The notes beneath the pieces were generated by a model. That model worked only from the letters and a program-made list of their open reading frames with translations, made no database searches and had not been told where the DNA came from. A DNA stretch of 18,092 bases, from assembly GCA_038523235.1 (NCBI GenBank), contig JBCBJQ010000116.1:1-18092 (forward strand). The letters run 5' to 3'. Source of the stretch: Cyanobacteria bacterium J06626_4 (lineage in GTDB: Bacteria > Cyanobacteriota > Cyanobacteriia > Phormidesmidales > Phormidesmidaceae). Positions 1 to 8,135 of the stretch are shown here, in pieces. Each line of letters begins with the position of its first letter. Position 1 is the first letter of the stretch. Made by a program: the position numbers and the translations under genes.

Positions 1-188
1 ATTAGCTGGATTCTACTTTAAGTTGGCTTTTGTTTCTGCTGCAAGAAAGGGATATTACTTTTCAAGCCTGATAGCTAACGTAATGAATTTTCACTCCCTT
101 GCTCGGAAGTATGGCGTGATTTCTGATTTTTGAATTTCTCACAAGTTCTGTAAGCAAGCTGCATTCTAACGAAGGAGATTACCGAGTT

Positions 189-2360
189 ATGTCATTCCGA
201 GTTAATCCGTATTTGCAACAACCTGCTAGTGATGGCATCTATATCACTTGGTTTGGTGAAACCAATGCTGCCGGTGAAGTATCCATTACCGGTCCAGAAT
301 TAGAGACTCCCCTTACATTTACCACGACCCCAACCTTCGAGCCGCTGCTCAGCTATACCAATGCTGAACTGAATCAAGAAATTGAGGGGTTAGAACAAAG
401 TTCCTGGTTGCTGGGCGATGAAAACTACAAGCATACGGTTGATGTCAGTGGTTTATCGCCTGATAGCACCTACACCTACACCGTCACTGTAGAAGACGAA
501 ACTTTTGAAGCCAGTTTCACCACTGCTCCCACTGCTGAAGACTGGGATGAGATTCGCTTCATTGCGCTTTCCGATAGTGAAACGGAGCCGCGCGGTCGGG
601 TTCGTCGGCGTGATTGGCAACAGGGCGCTCTAGAGGGCGATTCTTTGGCTCGCCCTGCTACCGAAGATAGTCTCTGGGCTGAGAACCTGGGGGTTGCCGG
701 CGATCGCCTTAACTATCCTCTAACTGAAACGGTGGGGTATCGCGAAAACCTTGAAATCATCAACAGCCGCGACCCTGACTTCCTGGTGATGCCAGGAGAT
801 TTGATGCAAGGGGGAGGCTATCAGCCCGGTTGGGACGAGTTCTTCCGCCACAACGCCGGGGAATTAGATAGTGGCCTATCGGAATACGCTCTGCTCCCGG
901 CTTTGGGCAACTGGGAAAACTTTGGTGCCCTCAATGGCGGCTACGGCTTTGATGACGATGGGCGCTTTGGGCCGTTATTTGGTCGTGAGAAATTCGATGT
1001 TTACTTTGATGCACCTGAGAATGGGACGCCGGAACACCAAGATAACTATTACCGCATTGATTATGGCCCCATTACGATTCTGACGCTGGATAGCTCCAAC
1101 GGTGAACCGGATGACAGCCGCGACAATTACGGTGGCGAAGGACAGCCGCCCCAAATTAGCGGTCAGGAATTTACTGGGCCGGGAACGGATACTCAACAAA
1201 ATTTCACTCGTGAAGAGTATGAAGCGGCGGGAGGCACCGATTTAGCCGACTTTAACCCCGGTAGCCCGCAATGGAACTGGGTGATCGAGCAGCTTGAAGA
1301 GGCCCGAGAGTCTGGACAAATCATCTTTGCTCAGTGGCACCACGCGCCCTACTCCAGTGGCACCCATGGCCTGCCGATGAACCACGAAGATTCTTCGGGA
1401 CAAGGGGGCACCCCAATGCGTCAGTACCATCCTCTGTTTGAGGAGTATGGGGTCGCCGCCGTCTTCTCTGGGCACAGTGAGATGTTTGAGCGCAGCTTTG
1501 TCGATGAGAATAACGATGGCATCGGCGTCTACTACTATGACGTGGGTGTGGCGGGCGATGGCATGCGCGGGCAACGCACCGATGAAGCGGGAGAGCTACT
1601 GAACTACAACCCCTTTAGCCAGTGGACTGCGGATCAAGACGAACCGGAGTTGTGGGCAGAGGTGGATGGTGTGCCTCAAATCATCGCCGGGGGCAAGCAC
1701 TACGGTCACCTAGAGGTCAACCTCAAACAGCTTGATGGCCCCGATGAGGGGGCGGAGATTACGTTTACGCCGGTTTACAGCTTCCCCGTTCTGGATTCGA
1801 ACTATGAGTTGATCGATACGGAACGTCGGGTTTATGGCGATGAAATCACCCTAGAGACCAATGCCGCCGGGGAAGTCACCGATGCGTCATCGCGACCCTC
1901 AGCAAACATTGATTTTGAAGGTCTGGAACTCACCGCTGGAACAGTGGTCACCGATCAGCTCACAGGTCTGACCGTGACCACCAATGGCCTGGAAGCGATG
2001 ATTTTCGATACGGCGAATCCCACTGGGGGCGATACCGATCTGGCTAGTGATGCCCTAGGGCATGTATTGATCTTGTCTGAAGATGGCGACAGCACGAATC
2101 CTGATGACAATGCTTTCGGGGGCACGTTCATCTTCACCTTTGATGAGGCCATGAACATCGCGAGCCTTGATGTTCTCGACAGTGAGGAAGGTGGCACCAT
2201 CGAAGCTATTGACCTGAATGGTGTAACGCTGGGCAGTACTGCCATTGTTAAGACCGCTGATGGTGAATTAGGCACCACTGACCTCAATGTTGATGGCGTC
2301 AGTCAACTGGTCGTCATGCTCAATGGTAGCGGTGCGATTGCCGAGCTCACCTTCGCGTAA
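189..2360 (+). CDS. Calcineurin-like/purple-acid-phosphatase-related metallophosphoesterase with N-terminal FN3-like domain and C-terminal acidic accessory domain
   Basis: 723-aa ORF, AAGGAG RBS upstream. FN3-like signature (PYLQ...ITW...HTVDVSGLSPDSTYTYTV...FTTAP) followed by phosphoesterase motif blocks LSDSE, PGDL, LGNWE, WHHAPYSSG, FSGHSE. Confidence 0.8.
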   Translation: MSFRVNPYLQQPASDGIYITWFGETNAAGEVSITGPELETPLTFTTTPTFEPLLSYTNAELNQEIEGLEQSSWLLGDENYKHTVDVSGLSPDSTYTYTVTVEDETFEASFTTAPTAEDWDEIRFIALSDSETEPRGRVRRRDWQQGALEGDSLARPATEDSLWAENLGVAGDRLNYPLTETVGYRENLEIINSRDPDFLVMPGDLMQGGGYQPGWDEFFRHNAGELDSGLSEYALLPALGNWENFGALNGGYGFDDDGRFGPLFGREKFDVYFDAPENGTPEHQDNYYRIDYGPITILTLDSSNGEPDDSRDNYGGEGQPPQISGQEFTGPGTDTQQNFTREEYEAAGGTDLADFNPGSPQWNWVIEQLEEARESGQIIFAQWHHAPYSSGTHGLPMNHEDSSGQGGTPMRQYHPLFEEYGVAAVFSGHSEMFERSFVDENNDGIGVYYYDVGVAGDGMRGQRTDEAGELLNYNPFSQWTADQDEPELWAEVDGVPQIIAGGKHYGHLEVNLKQLDGPDEGAEITFTPVYSFPVLDSNYELIDTERRVYGDEITLETNAAGEVTDASSRPSANIDFEGLELTAGTVVTDQLTGLTVTTNGLEAMIFDTANPTGGDTDLASDALGHVLILSEDGDSTNPDDNAFGGTFIFTFDEAMNIASLDVLDSEEGGTIEAIDLNGVTLGSTAIVKTADGELGTTDLNVDGVSQLVVMLNGSGAIAELTFA

Positions 2361-2380
2361 ACGCTGCACTGAATCTATCA

Positions 2381-2417
2381 AGATCGCGGGCTCGAAAATT
2401 TGACGAGCCCGCGATCT
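2381..2417. terminator. Perfect 14-bp inverted repeat between convergent genes (possible terminator/REP-like hairpin)
   Basis: AGATCGCGGGCTCG (2381-2394) / CGAGCCCGCGATCT (2404-2417), 9-nt loop, 20 nt after the stop of the first ORF; no clear U-tract. Confidence 0.5.
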
Positions 2418-2492
2418 CCGACTTAGTACACAAGCGAGTAGGATGACTGCATCGACATATGGGTTGTAAAAAAATCGGGATGAGAGGATTCG

Positions 2493-2516
2493 TAGGCTTT
2501 GCCTTCCCGAAGGGTA
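2493..2516 (-). repeat. 24-nt double-hairpin small dispersed repeat (SDR-like), intergenic copy
   Basis: Minus strand reads TACCC-TTC-GGGAA GGC-AAA-GCC TA followed by CG; same architecture as 4786-4809 and 8111-8135. Confidence 0.6.
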
Positions 2517-2647
2517 CCTCCGACCCCTTCGTCCCGAACGAAGTTCAGAAATTCTTCTATCGCCTACCTGAAAAGCATTACTGCCGATCCGTCCTACCAA
2601 TTTCTTCGCCCTGAGCAGGACGACTGCACCTTGGCTTGCTGCTCAAA

Positions 2648-4456
2648 TTACTTGAGGTGAGTTTCCACAAAATCGAGGATGGCCTTGTACCCGCGAATCT
2701 GATTTTCTTTTTTGACAAAGCCATGGCCTTCGTCTTCAAACACCACATATTCCACCGGAATGCCTCTGGCCTGGACAGCTTCGACAATCTCGTCAGATTC
2801 CACCTTAAGCACTCTTGGGTCGTTGGCCCCTTGCAGTACCATCAGGGGTTTGACGATATGTTCCGTGTGAAACAGCGGTGACTTCGCTCGCAAAAACACT
2901 TCATCGTCAAAGTCTCCCATTTCCTGTTCCAGGGCTTTGCGGTGGGACTCCCACCAAGGAGGAATGCTTTGCAGGGTGCGCACCCAGTTAGAGACGCCGA
3001 AAATGTCCACACCCACATCAAAGACATCGGGCTGAAAAGCTAGTGCTGCCAGTACCATATACCCCCCATAGCTGCCGCCGATGATGCCGATGCGCTGGGG
3101 ATCGATCTGACCTGTCTCAATCAGCATCTGCTTACTTTCCACCACATCCCTCAAGTCAACATCGCCATGTTTGCGATCATCAAGGTGATAAAACGTCTTG
3201 CCATAGCCGGAGCTACCGCGATTATTGATGGCGTAAATGGCATACCTGTGGTTGACCAGATATTGAATTAGCGCCGAATAGCCAACTCGGCTTTGCCCTC
3301 CAGGACCGCCGTGGACCCACACCAGTGCTGGCACTAGGACGTTTTCGCTGGCCTGCAGAGGCAGATAAAGAATGCCAGGAATCTCCAGGTCATCGTAGGA
3401 GGCGAAACGCACGACCTGGCCTTCCAGCAGATCTTCAGGATCGATGTTGGGATTCAGGGAGCGAGTGAGGCGCGTGGGTTCTTCCCCTGAGAAATCATAG
3501 ACAAAGAGGTCGCGGGGCATTTTGCTGCTGCTGGCGTAAAACGCCCCGCGATCTTCAGTCGCCGCAATTTTAACGGAGCTGATCGCGGCTTCGGGGAGTT
3601 GCGGCAGGTCGATGGGGGTCAGAGTAGCGGCGTCGTAGACACGCAGCTCAGTCCGGGCATCGTTGTTAATACTGATCACCAGGTATTTTCCATGCTTTGA
3701 GAGAGAAGCGCCCACAATATCCCAATCTGCAGACAGAAGTTTTTCATGCTTGCCAGTGGAAAGCTCGTAGCGCATCAGGTACAAAAATTCGCTGTCTTTA
3801 TCGGTGCGGTAGTAAAGGAACTGACCATTGGGACTGAACCCCGAAGAATAGTGATTGATGTCGCCTTCATGGGCCGTGATTTTGGTGAGTTGGTTTGTCT
3901 GACGATCGCACAGATAAATATCACTGTCGGCGTTGGTCTCGGTTTTGGCCAGGGCAATGGTGCGGCGGTCGGGGGTAATGTCGCGGAAATTTAGCCCCTC
4001 GTTATTTTCGTGAATCCGCTCGCGCTGATAGGTCTCAATGTGGTATTCATAGGCATCGAAAAAGTGCCGATCGCGCTCATTAGTTGCCACAAAAAAGGAC
4101 TGCTCATCCTGCGCCCAGCCGAGAAACATGGCCTTTAACTCGTCTCCTGGGGTCAGGTCAGTGACGGTGCCATCCGGAGCCTGAACGTAGAGGTGATTCA
4201 GTTCGTTACCGCCGCGATCGCTCCGGTACAAAAAGCGTTCGTCGTTGGGAAAGTAGGCGATCGCAAAAATTGAATCGGTGGTGGAGTGGGTGAGCTGGGT
4301 AGTAGTGCCATCGTTGATGCGAATTGCGTGAGCGTTATAAATGCCTGAGGCGTCGTTACTGACAAGTAGTGTGCTGTTATCGGATGAAAATGAGGCTCCG
4401 GCATAGTTGGTCGTACCTAGGAATTCTTCAATGGCATAGCGTTTGGGGGCAGTCAT
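2648..4456 (-). CDS. S9 family serine peptidase (prolyl oligopeptidase / acylaminoacyl peptidase-like), beta-propeller + alpha/beta hydrolase
   Basis: 602 aa; VHGGPG, nucleophile GGSYGG, GANDPRV (Asp), DEGHGF (His); N-terminal propeller-type repeats (FSSD, FSPNG). Confidence 0.92.
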   Translation of the reverse strand: MTAPKRYAIEEFLGTTNYAGASFSSDNSTLLVSNDASGIYNAHAIRINDGTTTQLTHSTTDSIFAIAYFPNDERFLYRSDRGGNELNHLYVQAPDGTVTDLTPGDELKAMFLGWAQDEQSFFVATNERDRHFFDAYEYHIETYQRERIHENNEGLNFRDITPDRRTIALAKTETNADSDIYLCDRQTNQLTKITAHEGDINHYSSGFSPNGQFLYYRTDKDSEFLYLMRYELSTGKHEKLLSADWDIVGASLSKHGKYLVISINNDARTELRVYDAATLTPIDLPQLPEAAISSVKIAATEDRGAFYASSSKMPRDLFVYDFSGEEPTRLTRSLNPNIDPEDLLEGQVVRFASYDDLEIPGILYLPLQASENVLVPALVWVHGGPGGQSRVGYSALIQYLVNHRYAIYAINNRGSSGYGKTFYHLDDRKHGDVDLRDVVESKQMLIETGQIDPQRIGIIGGSYGGYMVLAALAFQPDVFDVGVDIFGVSNWVRTLQSIPPWWESHRKALEQEMGDFDDEVFLRAKSPLFHTEHIVKPLMVLQGANDPRVLKVESDEIVEAVQARGIPVEYVVFEDEGHGFVKKENQIRGYKAILDFVETHLK

Positions 4457-4518
4457 CCGAGACTGTACAGAATTTTGTGTAAGCGGTCTAAAACCTCGAT
4501 AACTTAGGAGACCGCATC

Positions 4519-5769
4519 ATGCCTAGGAAAAAACAAGCACCGAATCGTGCCGATGAGCTACTGGACGAGCTGTTGGCAGACTGTCAAAGCCCAGAAGCGA
4601 TTCTCGGTGAGTCCGGCTTACTCAAGCAGCTCACCAAACGATTAGTCGAACGGGCGTTAGCCGGGGAACTCAACCATCATCTCAACGAGACTGATGAGAG
4701 TGATCGCCGCAATAGCTGTAACGGTCACTCGTCCAAGACGGTGCAGTCAGAGCCGGGGGAATTGGCCTTGGCCATTCCGCGAGATTCTCCGAAGGAGAGG
4801 CTTCGCCAACGCCAAGGCACCTTTGAGCCTGTATTGGTGCCGAAGCACCAAAGGCGATTGAGCGGTCTAGACGAGAAGATTTTGGCGCTCTATGCGCGCG
4901 GGATGAGTACCCGTGATATCTCATTGCAACTGGCGGAACTCTACGGCGCGCAAGTGTCCCCTGCCATCATTAGCGAGGTAACCGAGACGGTTCGTGAGGC
5001 CGTCAAAGCGTGGCAGTCTCGCCCCCTCGACGAGGTGTATCCCATCGTTTATCTCGATGCCCTCTACGTCAATATCAAAGTGGTCGGACGGGTGAGCAAG
5101 CGGGCCGTCTATGTCGTGCTGGGCATCAACCGCGAGGGCCACAAAGAGCTGCTCGGTCTCTGGATTGGCGAGGCGGAAGCGGAAGGGGCCAAATTTTGGC
5201 TCAAAGTCCTCACTGACCTTAAAAATCGAGGCCTGAAAGATATTCTGATTGCTTGCTGTGATGGACTTAAAGGCTTTCCCCAGGCCATTGAGGCCGTCTA
5301 TCCCCAGACTCAAGTACAGCTTCGCATCGTCCATCTGATGCGCAACTCGCTCCGCTATGTGCCTTGGAAAGACGGCAAGGCGGTGGCTGCTGACCTCAAA
5401 CCCATCTATCGAGCCGCTACCTTGGCGGAAGCGGAAACGGCGTTAGAGGACGTTGCCGCTAAGTGGGATGAGCACTATCCTGCGGTGAGCCAAATCTGGT
5501 TGCGTCACTGGGAAAACATCATCCCCATCTTCGACTATCCGATGGAGATTCGTCGCGTCATCTACACCACCAACGCCATTGAATCAGTCAACCGCTCCTT
5601 GCGGAAGGTCGTTAAGACCAAGGCCGTGTTCCCTGATGAAGAGTCCGTTTTCAAGCTGATGTATCTGGCGATGAACAACATCTCAAAGCGGTGGAATCGT
5701 CCCATCAAAAACTGGAGAGCGGCCCTGTCACACTTTGCTATTCTATTCCCACAACGCTTCAAACTTTGA
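4519..5769 (+). CDS. IS256-family (Mutator-type) DDE transposase with an 8-aa in-frame insertion, possibly degenerate
   Basis: 416 aa; motifs LYARGMSTRDI, WQSRPL..VYPIVYLDA, KELLGLW, CCDGLKGF, IYTTNAIESVN; AGGAG RBS. Confidence 0.93.
   Translation: MPRKKQAPNRADELLDELLADCQSPEAILGESGLLKQLTKRLVERALAGELNHHLNETDESDRRNSCNGHSSKTVQSEPGELALAIPRDSPKERLRQRQGTFEPVLVPKHQRRLSGLDEKILALYARGMSTRDISLQLAELYGAQVSPAIISEVTETVREAVKAWQSRPLDEVYPIVYLDALYVNIKVVGRVSKRAVYVVLGINREGHKELLGLWIGEAEAEGAKFWLKVLTDLKNRGLKDILIACCDGLKGFPQAIEAVYPQTQVQLRIVHLMRNSLRYVPWKDGKAVAADLKPIYRAATLAEAETALEDVAAKWDEHYPAVSQIWLRHWENIIPIFDYPMEIRRVIYTTNAIESVNRSLRKVVKTKAVFPDEESVFKLMYLAMNNISKRWNRPIKNWRAALSHFAILFPQRFKL
4786..4809 (+). repeat. 24-nt double-hairpin SDR-like element inserted in frame in the transposase (adds SPKERLRQ)
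   Basis: TCTCC-GAA-GGAGA GGC-TTC-GCC AA interrupts the conserved IPRD|R.G.FEP motif; removing it restores CCG CGA GAT CGC CAA (PRDRQ) with HIP1-like GAGAT^CGC. Confidence 0.8.
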
Positions 5770-6035
5770 ACAACAATCTGCTTACACAAAAATCAGAACA
5801 CTCTCGCGCCTACACCCGATAGTCCTCTTCTAGAGGCAGAGGTGCAGGGGCCTGAGAGTTCTAACTTCTCCTTCTTCCAACTGGAGAAGGGGCTAGAGGA
5901 TGTCGCTATTTTACGAGCCGTCTTTGACCTCTAGTCCGCTTTCTCCAAGGTGGGCGCCCCCGGCTAGCCAGTGCCCAAAAGTTGAGATGTGCTCGATTTG
6001 GTTTCACCTCCTTTTGTTAAGTTGTCGACGACAGG

Positions 6036-6065
6036 TTTACATTTAGCCAATTCAGAATTTACAAT
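6036..6065 (+). promoter_or_regulatory. Putative sigma70-type promoter for the S1/Tab2 genes
   Basis: TTTACA (6036-6041)-N18-TACAAT (6060-6065), about 70 nt upstream of the start codon. Confidence 0.45.
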
Positions 6066-6137
6066 CAGTTTTCGTCGAAATCGATTGCTATCGTTGAACG
6101 ACTCAATAACTGGACGAAACACGGGGGAGGCCCGACT

Positions 6138-7013
6138 TTGACCTTTTCGACAGAAGATTTTGCTCGTGCGCTAGCGGATCACGATTACACCTTTCAAACA
6201 GGGAGCACCGTCAAAGGCACCGTCATTGGCCACGCTTCAGAAGGCGCAATGATCGAGATTGGCGGCAAGTCAGACGCCTTTTTACCTCTCAAGGAAGCGT
6301 CTCTTGAGCGCGTTGACAACCTCGAAGAAACCCTACCCGTGGGTGAAGAGTTTGAGTTCATCATCATTCGCGATCAGGATATGGAAGGGCGCGTGGTGCT
6401 CTCTCTGCGGCGGCTGATGGTGCAGCGCGTCTGGGAACGGCTGATCGAACGGGAAGCTAACAAAGACATTTTGGATGTGGAAGTGACGGGCGTTAACAAG
6501 GGCGGCGTCATTGTCGATGTGGAAGGGTTGCGGGGGTTTGTGCCACGATCGCACCTCAGCGAGTCTGACGATTTGGAATCGCAGGTGGGAAACACCCTCA
6601 GCGTGGGCTTTTTAGAAGTCAATCAGGATAACAACAAGCTGGTCATGTCGCAGCGGCTGGCGGCGCGATCGCAGGCGATGGCTACCCTTGGTGTGGGGCA
6701 GTTGGTGAGTGGCAAAGTTGCCAGCCTCAAACCCTACGGCGCGTTCGTCAAGTTTGAGGGGGTGACAGGGCTGTTGCACATCAACCAGATCAGCCAGAAC
6801 TATGTCGATTCTTTGTCTAAATTGCTGCGTGAGGGTCAGGCGATCAAGGCCATCATCGTCAGCTTAGATGAATCGCGCGGCCGCATTTCGCTCTCCACCA
6901 AGGTGCTCGAAAAGTATCCTGGCGAAGTGCTCAAAGAATTTGACACCGTGATGGAAGATATCGACAATCGCCTCCAAAACGTTGGTAAGCTGCTGGCAGA
7001 TAGTGAACTTTAA
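6138..7013 (+). CDS. rps1b: 30S ribosomal protein S1 homolog (cyanobacterial Rps1b-type, three S1 domains)
   Basis: TTG start after GGGGAGG RBS; FSTEDFARALADHDY N-terminus; S1 repeats (IGGKSDAFLP, GLRGFVPRSHL, PYGAFV...GLLHINQIS, RISLSTK); adjacent to Tab2. Confidence 0.85.
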   Translation: MTFSTEDFARALADHDYTFQTGSTVKGTVIGHASEGAMIEIGGKSDAFLPLKEASLERVDNLEETLPVGEEFEFIIIRDQDMEGRVVLSLRRLMVQRVWERLIEREANKDILDVEVTGVNKGGVIVDVEGLRGFVPRSHLSESDDLESQVGNTLSVGFLEVNQDNNKLVMSQRLAARSQAMATLGVGQLVSGKVASLKPYGAFVKFEGVTGLLHINQISQNYVDSLSKLLREGQAIKAIIVSLDESRGRISLSTKVLEKYPGEVLKEFDTVMEDIDNRLQNVGKLLADSEL

Positions 7014-7134
7014 CGCACCGCGATCGCGCCCTGATACCTCACCAACCTGAATCAAGACTAGGGTTTATGAGAGACTCCCTCCGGGCGGGCAGTGCTGAAT
7101 AACCAACTGATGTGAGGCAGACAAAACAACGGCT

Positions 7135-7998
7135 ATGGGCACAGTTTGGGAACTCGACTTTTACTCGCGCCCCATTTTGGACGAGAGCGGCAAAAAGCGC
7201 TGGGAAGTCCTGATCAGCGAAGGCTTGCAAAGCGTCGATGCCAATCCTGACGAGCTGTTTCGCTTTAGCAAGTTTCTCTCGAATACCCAGGTCAACTCAA
7301 TCGAGTTGAAGCAGGCGATTACCGAGGCGATCTCCGAAGCGCCCGAACCGCCAACCCGCATTCGCTTCTTTCGATTTTCGATGCAAAACATGATCATTCG
7401 CGCCTGTGAAGAGTTGGGCATTGCCGTGCTGGCCAGCCGTCGCACCCTGGCCCTGCAGCAGTGGATGGATTATCGCCGCCAAGAAGTCTACCCCCAAGAA
7501 CCCGGCTATACGGACAAGCCCTCACCCTCGGTGGGCGCTCCACCGCCCGCGCCCAATGCTTTACCCGATGCGCTGATCGGTCAGCAGTGGGCGCTGGTAT
7601 CCTTACCAGCTCAAGACTTGGCCGCCATGTCAGATTGGCCAATCGACTTTGGTGAGGCTTTCCCCACGGCGTTTGCTGGGGTTGCAGACGATACGCTGAT
7701 TCCTGGACTGGTGATTTTTTCACCCCGTGCGATGCCGATGGCGGGCTGGATGTCAGGTCTGGAAGTCAGTGAACTGCGGGTTGAATCGAGTAAAAAACCG
7801 CGATTGATTTTAGAAACTGGTAGTGCCGATAGCTGGATTGTGGCCGCCCTCAATACGCCCGAACTGCAAAAAGAAGCCGCGAATTTTGAAACGGCTAAGG
7901 CTGAGGCAAATCAGGTTCATTTCTTAGCGGTGCAGGCAGACCCTGAGATTGAAGCATTTGCTGGGTTTTGGCTCATGCGCAGTATCCAGTTAGGGTAA
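7135..7998 (+). CDS. Tab2/Atab2 family RNA-binding protein (DUF1092)
   Basis: Characteristic N-terminus WELDFYSRPILDESGKKRWEVLI, IRFFR, SRRT, and C-terminal HFLAVQ..P..E.FAGFWL. Confidence 0.9.
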   Translation: MGTVWELDFYSRPILDESGKKRWEVLISEGLQSVDANPDELFRFSKFLSNTQVNSIELKQAITEAISEAPEPPTRIRFFRFSMQNMIIRACEELGIAVLASRRTLALQQWMDYRRQEVYPQEPGYTDKPSPSVGAPPPAPNALPDALIGQQWALVSLPAQDLAAMSDWPIDFGEAFPTAFAGVADDTLIPGLVIFSPRAMPMAGWMSGLEVSELRVESSKKPRLILETGSADSWIVAALNTPELQKEAANFETAKAEANQVHFLAVQADPEIEAFAGFWLMRSIQLG

Positions 7999-8079
7999 GT
8001 GCAATTTCTCGGCTGGCTCAATTAGTCGGCCAACGTGAATGATCAACTCAGCCTGAGCGATGGCTGGTTAACCATAGCG

Positions 8080-8135
8080 GAATTCGAACTGCAGAATTCG
8101 GAGTTCGGAATACCCTGTGGAAAGGGCAAGCCCTA
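8080..8135 (+). repeat. Degenerate heptamer run (GAATTCG) followed by a 25-nt SDR-like double-hairpin element
   Basis: GAATTCG AACTGCA GAATTCG GAGTTCG GAA (8080-8110), then TACCC-TGT-GGAAA GGGC-AA-GCCC TA (8111-8135) followed by CG. Confidence 0.5.

Larger units (their letters stand above)
4459..5805 (+). mobile_element. IS256-family insertion sequence (1347 bp)
   Basis: 26-bp imperfect terminal inverted repeats: left GAGACTGTACAGAATTTTGTGTAAGC (4459-4484); right 5780-5805, reverse complement GAGAGTGTTCTGATTTTTGTGTAAGC (22/26 match). They enclose a single transposase. No target-site duplication visible. Confidence 0.9.

Noticed and set aside
1..188. Pho (SphR) box upstream of the phosphoesterase
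   Set aside because: Only one TTAA-type half-site is visible; no regularly spaced repeats inside the window.
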